Shown piece after piece: positions 12,501-24,300 of a stretch of DNA of 64,000 nucleotides. This stretch comes from Tubiluchus corallicola. Taxonomy: Eukaryota; Animalia; Priapulida. The stretch spans positions 318,660-382,659 of the forward strand of contig JAQGDQ010002366.1 of assembly GCA_030141605.1 (NCBI GenBank), in the 5' to 3' direction. Under the pieces are notes generated by a model. The model saw only the letters and a program-made list of their open reading frames with translations. It had not been told where the DNA came from and made no database searches. Position 1 is the stretch's first letter; each line of letters starts with the position of its first letter. The translations under genes were made by a program, and so were the position numbers.

Positions 12501-14222
12501 ATGACAATTTTTAGTTACAGCTTCATTTTATCAGCCTTGACAAAAAATATGTGAACCCCATGGACACAGAGACTATAACATACTAGCTGTAGAATTATTG
12601 ATTAATATGAATTATATGAACATTTTTAACTTTGTCGTGTTTCAATCAGTTGAATCAGTGAGACTGTTAATATCAACCAGAACTTTAACTGCTGTTCATT
12701 AGTTTTTGGTTTTGCATGATAACAGCATGTTGCATGTTGTGTTTATTTTTACACAGCAGTATTATTTAAATATTGGAATTAAATAAAATTCTTGTGGTCA
12801 GTTGGACTGAAATAAAATTAATGATAATAATACATTTATTATTAACGTATTATTGTCCACATTTACAAAATAAAAAACTTACAATATGATGTGGTTCGAT
12901 GACAAAATAATTATTTATTTTGTTATCTCAAGCAAGGTTATTCTGACACTTATTCTATTACAAAGCTGAAAAAAGTATATGTAGTACAAAATAATATAGT
13001 ACAACACTCTTTGTGGTACACATATTGCCAAATATACTGAAGTCATTGTTTATGGTGTAAGGATCAACGATTTACAGTTGTCAGTTTACGATTTACAATG
13101 TCTTTTTCTTTAGTTAATATTCAAAATTCAGGAAGAAGAAGCATAATAAATAAAAGTTTAGTGCAAAAAATTGCATTACGTAAAGTAATTGTGATATTTT
13201 GATTGAAATGGATACAAATCTGGGATGACTAAACTGCATTGATAAACTATGCACTAGGGCTTAAAATGAAACAAATTAAAAAAGACAGTATCAAAAACTG
13301 CATCTGACTAAATCTGTCCGAAGTGTAAGCACAATATTTTTAACACTAGAGTTCATCATGTTCTAAACTCATGTTTCAAAGCAAACAGCTGAGAAATTAT
13401 CACACAGTTTGTAAGAGTGAATCCAGCTTTTTTGGATTGTTTCAATAATTTTCTGTTGCTCATTGGAAACTAAAAGTTTCTATAATTTGGCTTCTTATCC
13501 CGACACTTTCCGTCTGGCTGCTGCATCCCGTCTAACAATGACGATGACCAAAACCGAGCAAATCACGCATTTAATCCACAATAAGCTAATCTTTACGTCA
13601 CTTGGTATAAACTGTGTAAAAGTACTGTATGCTGACACTGCTTGTCGATGCAAACAAATACTCAAACAAGTGTTGTGTACAGTCGTTCTCCCCTTGGAAC
13701 TTTTGCCAAGTTTCATCTGTAATACGGCAATTTTCATCACCAGAGGCGGGTGCGCAGGTCCATATTCAATGGTGGCCTAGTCAAATGTTCGTCTTGTGTA
13801 AAACTTTATCTGAACTTTTTCCAAGGATTCTTAAACATGAAATTTTCGTGAAGAATGGTACGTATTTCTACTCGCAATATAATCGCGAGTTATTCAAGCT
13901 CAACTTAATTTTGGTGATATTCCCCCTTTAAATCCAGGTAGCTGGGATTTTGGTCCATGTAACGAATTGTAATTGTTATTGGTATAGTAGATTTTTGCAT
14001 ACAGTACCCATGGACTGAGCCTCTAAGAGTGTGTCATTCCGGTCGTGCTTAGTCATTTTGCTCCAGTGCATAGCAGTGAGTCGTATCATATTAAAGTCTC
14101 CTACAATAATTAGTTTGGTGTTCTTATAGTGTGACTTGGCATCAAACAGGTTTAAAAGTAATTGATTGTTGTCTGCAGACGAGGACGAGCCTATAAATGC
14201 ACCCTATAATATATTTATTAGA
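9590..14222 (-). mobile_element. Decayed CR1 LINE interrupted by a Kolobok-like DNA transposon
   Basis: Endonuclease motifs IIGCIYR, IVGDFN and PSYLDL|IFTND...LGKADH; RT motifs VPQGSVLGP and LADDTKIY; C-terminal RRKRGDQIM. Confidence 0.9.
11921..13927. mobile_element. Kolobok-like DNA transposon (about 2.0 kb, decayed)
   Basis: TTAA TSD at 11917-11920 and 13928-13931. The 32-bp TIRs are AGAGGGAATATCATGAAAATCAAGTTAAGCTT and AGGGGGAATATCACCAAAATTAAGTTGAGCTT (27/32). Removing the element restores the CR1 reading frame. Confidence 0.85.
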
Positions 14223-14238
14223 TCTAGAAGAAAGTAAT

Positions 14239-14407
14239 ATGGTCGCAACTTTAAGGTGATTTTACTAAATATTTTTTGCAGAAAGATTAAGCCTTTCGGG
14301 AAGTTAGGCTTATTTCAATGTTCATGAAAAAAGTTAGAAGCATTTAGTAATAAAAGTGTGATAAGTACCTTGTGTATTTTGTAAAATCAACTTAAAGTCG
14401 CGATCAT
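14239..14407. mobile_element. Small MITE with about 27-bp TIRs
   Basis: ATGGTCGCAACTTTAAGGTGATTTTAC versus the reverse complement of the right end, ATGATCGCGACTTTAAGTTGATTTTAC (3 mismatches). Confidence 0.65.
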
Positions 14408-14409
14408 TT

Positions 14410-14510
14410 CACGCTTCGGCTCTCCCATTTTGAACGCTCATTCTTTTACGGATGATGTCGTTCATCGGCTGAAGAAAACCAATGCACTGTCAATTTCTGT
14501 GCAAAATATA
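14410..14510 (+). other. GPN1: Putative non-coding first exon of GPN1
   Basis: CpG-retaining patch ending in the donor ATA|GTAAGT at 14511. The ATG exon is preceded by an acceptor (ttttaag, 17200). Confidence 0.45.
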
Positions 14511-15565
14511 GTAAGTATTTACACAAAATTAGACAACTAATTTTATGATAGTTTTGCATGAATCGTAGGTAAGCTCACTAAGCTGCAAAAGTTTGAATAG
14601 CAGCGTACACTTATGGAAAACTGCGACGCGCTTGCGAAAAGTCATGAAGTCCTCCAGATACAGCACAGTTTTTAAGTGAGTGGCGGCAGCCACCATTATA
14701 TTTTTCTAAGTTTATTTCTTCATAATATTTTTCTAAGTTTAAGCAATAATACTAAAATAAACCAAACATGCTAAGAAATTTGTCCTTTTTTTAATTTTAT
14801 GGTACATACGATCTCTATTATTATCGATTGTCTAGACCCTGCCGATTGCCTGCACTCTTGCTGATTATCCGTTACTAATTTTATCTTTTTTGACACTAAC
14901 GCTATAAAGGACGAAATTTGGACTGTCTTGATAATAAATTACATTTGCAATTACAAATTGATCACGGTGAGATGAGGTGACCTAGCAGATATTGTAAGGT
15001 ATCTGCAATATAAGCAGAACATCAGTGATTCAAATTCAGGCTGCATTCTCATTTCTTCGCATTTTCTGCTTTCAAATTTGATGCAAAATTTAATTGATTG
15101 TAGACTTGTCCATTAATAATAATAATAATCTTGATATTAAGATTATAATAATTGATAAGAGGCAAGATCATTATTTAAGTGTGTATTTACAGCAGTAGGT
15201 TGTGCAATTTTCAACACCTTAACTATTATTCATATTAAATTTCTACAAAGACTTACAAAAATTTTACAATTCAGAGGGTCACAAATACATTTAATGCAAT
15301 TGCTCTGTAGAGTGTGATATCCTGCTTGCCCGTCTTAGTATTAAAATTTAATATATAACTAACTAAATTTCTTAATTATGTCTGCTAAACTTATGAAACT
15401 GATTGAAATTTAAACTTGTTTTGTCCTTGTTATTCACAATAACAGACCAGCAGTTAATTTCATTCTAAGTGGTATATTGCAGGCTCATCATTACCAGCTT
15501 GCTCTATGTTGAACTGATTTCTTCCATTATGCTGCCACTGGGCTATGTGGACATATTTAGTTTAA

Positions 15566-16139
15566 AGGAAGACAAGATGATTTTTCATATACTACCCCAT
15601 TTTCAAATCTGATAAAAATATACATTTTAACAATTTATTCTGCAAAAGCATTTCTGGTAATTAAATAATTGATTAAAAGCTTAATTAAAGTGGGCTAGCC
15701 CAACTATTGATGATACCACGAACTAACATAATTTTTAACTGCAAAATTATTCCACGAGCATGTGCACGTGTTTGCGAAAACAGTGCTACTGTAAAATATT
15801 CAGTGTGTTGTACTAAAACTAGGCAAGTTTTAAGATAAGAATTCAAATTTCAAGTTTATCGCTGTGCTCACTCATGAGATGTCGAACGTGTGTAGTTAGT
15901 CCAAACTAACACATCTGAACTGAGAGGTACAGCACATTTTTTCTGCAATGTGTTTCCGAAATGCAGGAGCTAGTGCCCGTCTAACTAGCAAATGACGAAA
16001 TGTAACAGGGAGGAACTAGTTGTGTTTGTGTGGTAATAATTCTTTCACGTAAGTCATTTTTGAACATGTTTCCTTTCAATCTTTTAAAGAGTAGATTGTT
16101 TTAACCTACAGTTTAAGATTTGGTCTGGTTTGTTTTGCT
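15566..16139 (-). mobile_element. Kolobok-like non-autonomous element, family A copy 1
   Basis: TTAA-flanked. It is the reverse complement of the copies at 27141 and 37070. Confidence 0.75.
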
Positions 16140-16181
16140 TTAATGACAACATGTTTGTTAGTTGTAGCAAATACCCTTTCA

Positions 16182-16406
16182 CAGGGGTGGCTCTACCACT
16201 AGGCAAATAGCCATTTGGCCTAGGGCACCAAATTTTGTGGACAAAGGGCAAATTCTGGAAGTAATTCTTTAATTTTTAAGTTTAGTATAAGTAATAGCAC
16301 AGTGTCTGTGTCAATTCACTATTTTGTGTGTAGAGAGAACCGCGGGGGGAAAGGATTGACCTTTGAGGAGGGGGCGTTAAAATACTTTTACCCGGAGCCA
16401 GTCCTG
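16182..16406. mobile_element. hAT-type MITE
   Basis: TIR CAGGGGTGGCTC / CAGGACTGGCTC; 8-bp TSD ccctttca / ccctttcg. Confidence 0.7.
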
Positions 16407-16669
16407 CCCTTTCGTTAAGAAATTGCCGCATATGGGATGACCTTAGTTAATGCTCCAAATTTTCTCATATTTTGCAAGCTATTGCAAAAGTGTAATTTTT
16501 ACCGTATTATTTTTGTCAGTCTTATGTGATTCACCTAAAGTAAAGTGTTGGAGGTTTTGGATTCTCTTCTATTCTGTTATTTTTTTGGATCTGTGTATTT
16601 GCATTTTTTATTTTTAGATTATGTGCCTTTGTGTTTTAGTTCTGGATAACTTTTGGTTGACATCTAAGT

Positions 16670-16852
16670 GCCTTAAGTGGCGTTTAATTAACTTGTGGAT
16701 GTGGATGCGTTTTCCAACCTGCAAAATAACCAACAGAAAAAAATCAATAGGAAATAGCTGCAGAAAACGAATATTTAACGCATCAGCAGGCTGCATAAAC
16801 GATGCATTGAAACGCGTCTGCATCCGCAAGTTACATAAATGCCACTTTAGGC
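16670..16852. mobile_element. Short foldback MITE
   Basis: Imperfect inverted repeats of about 44 bp (GCCTTAAGTGGCGTTTAATTAACTTGTGGATG...). Confidence 0.6.
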
Positions 16853-17218
16853 TATCGATTTGCATTTTTTCTAAAAATTTTGATTTTTATAAACGTAAGA
16901 AAACAAATGTAACATAAAACAAATATTTATATATTTATGAAATGCCATTTGGTGAAACAGACTTTAAAATTTGCTATCAAATTCAGATTATTTTATTCCT
17001 AAAATTTTTAAGCACTTGATCAAAGGATGAAAGAGGTTGGGATTATAATGTGTACCTAAGCATTGAATAGCAGACAAAAATTTCTTTCTGCCGAACAGCA
17101 TTGTGTTCATTAATGCACCACTTTACAGAAGTCTTACGATCTTCTTGCCAAATTTTCGCAATAGATTTCAATTTTCATGCAAGATTTTTTCAATTTTAAG
17201 GTATTTAAGAGTCACGTC

Positions 17219-17380
17219 ATGAATGCTGATGTGGATGAAGCGGCTGGAGGTGGAATCGATAAAGTGGGAGCTGCAGCTGTCCCAGTTGATGCTGATAAAC
17301 AGCAGCATGACTATAGCTCTGTGCCAGTGTGCATTGTCATACTAGGAATGGCAGGATCTGGCAAATCAACTTTTATTCAG
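17219..17380 (+). CDS. GPN1: GPN1 exon (P-loop)
   Basis: MNAD...[19 protein letters not shown]|gtaagc. Confidence 0.92.
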
Positions 17381-18367
17381 GTAAGCATAACAAAATTCTA
17401 CAAAGTTTTCTGGTAACACATAAGATATATACATGCAAGTGTTGTATATTTAGTTGTTTTTTTCACATATAACTTGTTTTGTGCTGTGAGCACTGACTTA
17501 AATTGCCCTAATACTAATACTGGTTTTATTATATGTGCCCAGTCAGTTTCTACTCCTTGTAATCTATTATCTATTATGTTGATAGGGCCTTTTTGTTGGT
17601 GTTATTTTGTGATATACTTGTATATTATGTTTTGTTAGCATATGACATTCAAGTATATATAGGCAATGTGTAAAATTTAGACATTTTGTAAAATTCCTAG
17701 TCATTTCATATAACAGCTCTTCATTTCTGGAAAAGTGTGGAGATCTGTTTGAATTTCACACTTTGCCTAGATGTTTTATATAAAAGCTAGGATTTATATA
17801 AAATGTGTTTATTGACTGTGGCAATGTAAAAACATGAACATAATTTATGTTGAATCAAACTTTTCCTAGCAATTTTATACATTACCTAGAGACCTCGTAT
17901 GGAATAGATAATATGATTTAGCTGCTAAGCTAAGCAAGCAGTTCAAGTGAGTTAATTGTTTTGTTGGCAATGTGGTCTAACGTCATCATTTCTAACATGC
18001 TGCTGTGCCAGGTGGATCACTTTCCATATCTGGGAAGCCTGGGACTAGATTCATTAATTTCTTACATACAACTTTTTCGTAATATTGAGTGCGTAAGAAA
18101 ATTGTTAAAGCTACCCACGGAACCAGTTTTCGTAAAAACCTTCTTAAGTTTGATAGATTGTAATTTTACGCACGGCTTAGAGCTTGTGTAAATACAAATT
18201 CTGCCTGCCTGCACAGCTTAAATACTATGACTGGTATTGTCAGAACAATTTTTTTCAATAAATTAAAATTAGAAATGAAAGTGATTTACAAATTGTAACC
18301 TTGCACAGCAGACCATAAAGCTTGCATATCTCTCTTTCCCTCCCTCCCTCTTTCCCTCCCTCCCTCC

Positions 18368-18398
<31 letters not shown>

Positions 18399-21300
18399 CC
18401 GTCCCTCTGTCTGTCCATCCATCTACCTATTTATCTGTCTATCTGTTTATTTGTCTGCTTGAGTGCTACCTATCCAGCTGACCAATCCCAACTGTCGAAT
18501 TCAGATTTACACATGGGAAATGTGAAATGTAAAATGAAATGGCATTACCTAGAAAAATTATATCAGAACAATTGAGTATTTGTTTATTTTTAAATTAACT
18601 AAAATTTATTTAGCATTTTATAAAATGCCTAGGAAATGTATATTAAATATGTAAGAATTACACATATTGAATTATCCATATTTGGCAAATAAGCATAATT
18701 ACATCACAATAGAATTTACTGCCGACCGGTTTTATGCAAGGCAATACTACCAGCGTGTTAGTTTGTTCGTGGAGTGTTACATAGTTTCCAATCAAGATAT
18801 GTAGTCTGTAAGGTGAATTGTTAAATTATCTATATAATGTTATATTGTAATCCTTTTGCTATCAAACCACGGAATTGTATTTCGATGTTGTTTCTAAATT
18901 CTGGTAAATTTCTTTGTTTTAAATGCCTTGATAATGAACAGTTTTGTTCGAAATCGGTAGGCAGTTAATTCTGTTACACACTTTATCTAGATAAACTTTT
19001 GCATTATATAGATGTAATGCATAGGAAAAGTGTAGAAAGACTATTTTAGACACTTTACTTGGTCTCCATAAAGTGTCTAAGCATTCTATAGAATACCCGG
19101 TTTCGCACTTTGCCCGCACCATGTATAACGAAAGTATGGTTCCCCTGGTTATACTGTTAAATTGCTTAAAGTTTGTATGTTATTTTCAGCCTTTTCCGTA
19201 GTTATTGCTGCAGGCTACTTGTAGTAGCCAAAATATTCATTACAAGCTTGTAAAATGTCATAAAAATTATAATGTTAAAATTCATTTTTAGAGACTCACA
19301 TCTCATCTGCACATAACGAAAACTCCACCTTATGTAATCAACTTGGATCCTGCTGTGTATGAGCTGAACTTCCCAGCCAATATTGACATCAGAGATACTG
19401 TCAACTACAAAGAAGTTATGAAACAGTATCCTTTAAAGAATTTATTGAAACTAATCTCTATTGGATAATATTTGACAGTTGTACAGTGTAAAGTCTTAAG
19501 TTGCACAGAAACAAACAAACAAACAGACAGACAAATGTGTGCACCGTTCCAAATTTCTAGTGTTTGCAAATGAAATTACTAGTCTACGGATAATAACTTT
19601 TAAACTACCGTGATTACAGTTCTCTTTTTCTGTAGTTCAGGTTTTGTACATTTGGAGTTAAGAACCATTTGATCATGTCATGCCTGGCTTGTATCATCTG
19701 CACTGGTTGCCTGCTAAATACAGGATTATTTTTAAAATCTTAATACTTGTGTGATACTTAAAATACTTAATACTTAATTACATAGTGACGCTCCTCAGTA
19801 CATCTGTGAACTTCTCTCTTTACATTATTCATCTTACAGTCTAAGATCAGACAAATGACGTTTACCTGTGTATAAGCTTAGCATGGTTCAAAACCATTCT
19901 TTTAGGTCTAGTGGCCACAGTCTCTGGAATGCTCTTTCTTGTGAAATCAAGTCTTGCAAAAATTTTGAAAATTTTAGACACCATTTAATGATGCATTTAT
20001 TCATGCAAGTATACAACTTGGGGACTGTAAGCAAACTGAATTTTATTTTTATTATTGTGGCTGAAATATGTCGTTTTACTGTGATTCTCATGTTTCAGAA
20101 AGCACTCTGGCGTAGAGTGAACTGTTTTTTTCCTAATGACTTGGCATAAATTATTTTATAAAAAATTTTTATGTGTTTTTTCTATACAGCATTAAAGTAC
20201 ATATTTATATGGATTTTTTGAATCTGTATGATATGCATTGAAAAGTTTTCATACTGTTTATTCTTTAACCAGTATGATCTTAGGTATTCGTTGGGACCTA
20301 ATGGTGCTATTGTGACATCTCTAAATCTTTTTACGACCAAGTTTGACCAAGTTATGAGCTACTTGAGCAAGAGAGCCAAAGAATACAAGTACGCACATTG
20401 ACAATCACGTTCACATTTTCATTTCTTGAGAATATTTAATTTTTGTAGGTGCAACTGTCCGGGTCTTAATTTGCTTGACTTGTTAATGCTAAACTGACTT
20501 AGAAAATGCAAGTTGTGCAAATTTGATTAGATAAATTAACAGCTTGTCAGAATGTGGTTGTGTAGATTTAAATATTCAATGATATGTAGTTTCTAGTTTT
20601 TAATCTTTCGTAATTATATTTTATGCTTAATGGGTGTTAAGTCTAAAGTAAGTGAAGGTGTCTGTATATCTATATCTATGCCTAATAGTATATTTAATAT
20701 ATTTTTAAATTGTTTTTGGAGAATTCAAGCATGCTGATGTATGACAATACTTTAAGATGTTTTTTACAGGTATGTTTTACTGGACACTCCTGGACAAATC
20801 GAAGTCTTTACTTGGTCAGCTTCTGGACAAATTATAACTGAAACTTTGGCATGTTATTAATTTCATACAAATTTAATAGTAGAAACAATCATGAAAACAA
20901 ATTCATTTTCACCCCAATCTACTGCACATTTGAGAGTGAGTGTGCACTACATGGAAGACATTAGTCTGTTAAAATATGCACTTTCTTTACTTGGTTCTAT
21001 ATTTAAACTTATCTTTTTTATTGTTAAATATATTTTCTGCCTGTTTACAAAGGAATTTAAGCTCAGGGCGTATAAATGTGTGCAAGTTTATGAATGTGAT
21101 GTAGTTTCTAAGAATTATTTACGCAAAGTTTAATATGCAGTATGTGGTAATGAAATAATCGCTGAAATAGTCATTAATTTTGTAATTATTTTTGCAGTAA
21201 AACGTTTTAGTATGCGCACAGTAGCTTTGAAAGGTCTCGGCAAAAATTTTAGATAATAGTTAAAAGATAGCTGCGCTCTATATGCTTGCTAAATCGTGTT

Positions 21301-24300
21301 TTCGTTGCTGCTTTGTATAATTAAATTCATTTATAGCAAATCCCACTTACTTACTTGCTGGACTACAATGAAACAACTCTGATCCACTCATTTCTATTAC
21401 TTAATAGAAAAGTTGTACCAGTGGATGCAGCTGCACTAAGCAATTTCACATTGCAGCAGGTGGAAAGTTGTCATTCACTTTTTGCATTTATCTTACTATT
21501 TTTGCAATGTATAAACATGATTGAAGTCATTGAAAAGGAATGTTTGTCATACAGAGGGGTAAGAGCATCTGCCTCACTAGTACGAAGTCCCATGTTCAAA
21601 TCCTAGCCAATGAACAATGTTTTCTCCATTTAATTCTATGCCAGTCATAGGTATTATCATCATCTTCTCTAAGAGGATAATCCACGGAAGTTATTATTAA
21701 CTTGATAATGCCTATTTTGTTAATTAACAGTTTACATGTATCACTATATACTAATTTTATTGTTTGTTTAAGTGATGATTGGTATCATGTATTACAGGGT
21801 TCAACATTGCCTACAGTAATAGTGTATGTAATGGATACAGCTAGAAGTGTTAATCCTGTCACCTTTATGTCAAACATGCTGTATGCATGCAGTATAATGT
21901 ACAAGTACAAGCTTCCATTCATTGTGGCAATGAACAAGGTATCTAATTTTTTAACATCACTCCTGGCTTTTCTGATAATAAGTTTTTAAAAGTGTGAATA
22001 TGTATATTAAAAAACATGCAAGTATTTGGCCTTGCCTAAATGACGTTGTTTTGTTACTCTTGTTAGGCTGAATGCATGCTTGTAGCCAGAATTATTTCCT
22101 AAACATTGTTTTTTTATAAAATACGCATTACTAAAACTTATGACAAATCATACTTCTCTGTAATTTGTTATTTACTTAGAGCAGTGTTTCTATATGTCCA
22201 ACACATATTTCACATTGCATAGGGCTTCATCTGCAACTACAATACAAATAAAAACATTACATTAATTGCTAAACTAGATTTGAAAGAAAATTGCACTAAT
22301 TATCAGTGAGAAACAGTTCAACCGCTTATTAAAATATAACTTATAATTTGATAGGTTGTTGAACTGTTTCCTATCGATAATTAGTGCACTTTCCTTTAAA
22401 TTCCATTTTGTAGATTTTTTTTGTATTATGCACAGCGAAATCCATGTTGGACAGCATTAAACATCAGTTTATTCAGTTTATTTCAGAGGTTAAATATGCG
22501 ACAATCTGGCTATAGTTATATTGGAACAATCCTGAACAAATTTCTATCATGTCACCCATTTCGTTGTTTCCATTGATATTACATTGTCTGTGCATACATA
22601 AGCTAAAATCAAAATGACGAAACTTGTGCGGCTGTCAGAATACCTAATGTTGGGTGTTTATCTCCAAATAAAGAGACCTATAAGTGTGTTTTTATTTATA
22701 TGCGTTATATCAGATTTATTTGTTTGTGTCTTGTTAGATTACAAGACAATTTATGCATTTTGTAATGACAAACAGTATTTGTAAACTGCAAAGCAGTTTC
22801 ACCAGCTACTGATTTGTAATATTATGCTTTCATCTTGAAAACTTGGAACTAGCTTACAGTGTTACTATAATATTGATTTTCCATGACACATAATTATTGT
22901 ATTGAATTTGCTGTTGTTGTTTCAGGTTGACATTGTTGACAATCAGTTTGCTGTTGAGTGGATGACTGATTTTCAAACTTTTCATGAAGCCTTAGAACAA
23001 GAAACTTCTTATGTGTCAAATCTCACAAGATCAATGAGTCTTGTTCTTGATGATTTCTACAACTGTTTAAAAGTAAGGAATTGTGTTTGTTTATCCTGCA
23101 AAAATGCAGTTAGTTAATTCTGATGTTTGGTTGTTGTCATTTGTTTTATATTCTTATTTTTCGTGAATTCATGTAACTGATCTATAGCTGGAAAACACAA
23201 TCTAGCAGAGATTACAACAAAAAATTGTGGCTTCATTTTAATTCACGATGTTTCTGTTTGGTATGCTTAGGCCTTTAATTTAAATGCGTACTATTATGTG
23301 AAATTTTTATTTGTTTAATTTTACTTATTTGAAATTATCTATTTAATGTGCTAACCATGCATGACCATAAATGGAAACATTGTATTATATACAATTTTGA
23401 TGTACATCTATGTAAAAAATAAATTTCTATTCTATTCTCTTCGACTTACAAGCCATCACCAGTCATGTAGACAGAACAGAAAACTGAAACAAAATTAATA
23501 GCTAATAAGAATGACTCAACACTAATATTTCGTACAGCCAATAGGTTTTTATGGCACTGTATATATTGAACTTTCTAACATTATTTCATCATCCACATGT
23601 AATTGTGAATGAAGCTAACAATGTCCTGTGATCTTTTGTCAGAGAACTAGATATCACTTGTCAAGAGTCATTTCCACTTCATACAGCTAACTCATTCTTG
23701 TATGGCTTAATAAATCCATGGATAACAAAGCCAGCCACTTAATGTATCCTCTGTTGCTGGAATGGACTGTGTAATACCTTAACCCAATAAAATCTGCTGT
23801 TTTTTTCAAACTATGTTTTATTATAATCCGCCTTGTGTGCTAAGTCAACAAGACTGTGATGTAAGACTGCACGCTTGTCCTGCTTTTTAACTTGAGCTAG
23901 ATCAGCATCTTTGTTATAAACATATTTTTTAACAATTTTGCATTTTTTCACTTAATGACCCTCAACAACAAGACTGTTAGACAGCGGTGACAAACGCGGC
24001 GAAGCAGAAATGACTATATTAGCTGCTGAAATGTGACACATGCTGGAAACACTGCACCTTGGACTGCAGAACATTCATAACTATTCAAACACATGACATT
24101 TCACTGAACTTAAATAACATTCAAAACGTATTGAAAAAAAAAAATTCGCTAAAACAATTCACACTGGACAAATCACACTGCATTCTATGGTCTTTCTTAT
24201 TCGTTTTTCATACATAATTATGTTAAACTAACATGCTAATTCTTGGTGTAAACAGTTGTGTGTGAGAACGTTAATCCAGAATAACATGAATCAATACTTT

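Noticed and set aside
4000-14222. RT fragments as a retron, DGR or other prokaryotic RT system
   Set aside because: The motifs and the associated APE endonuclease identify decayed CR1 LINEs.
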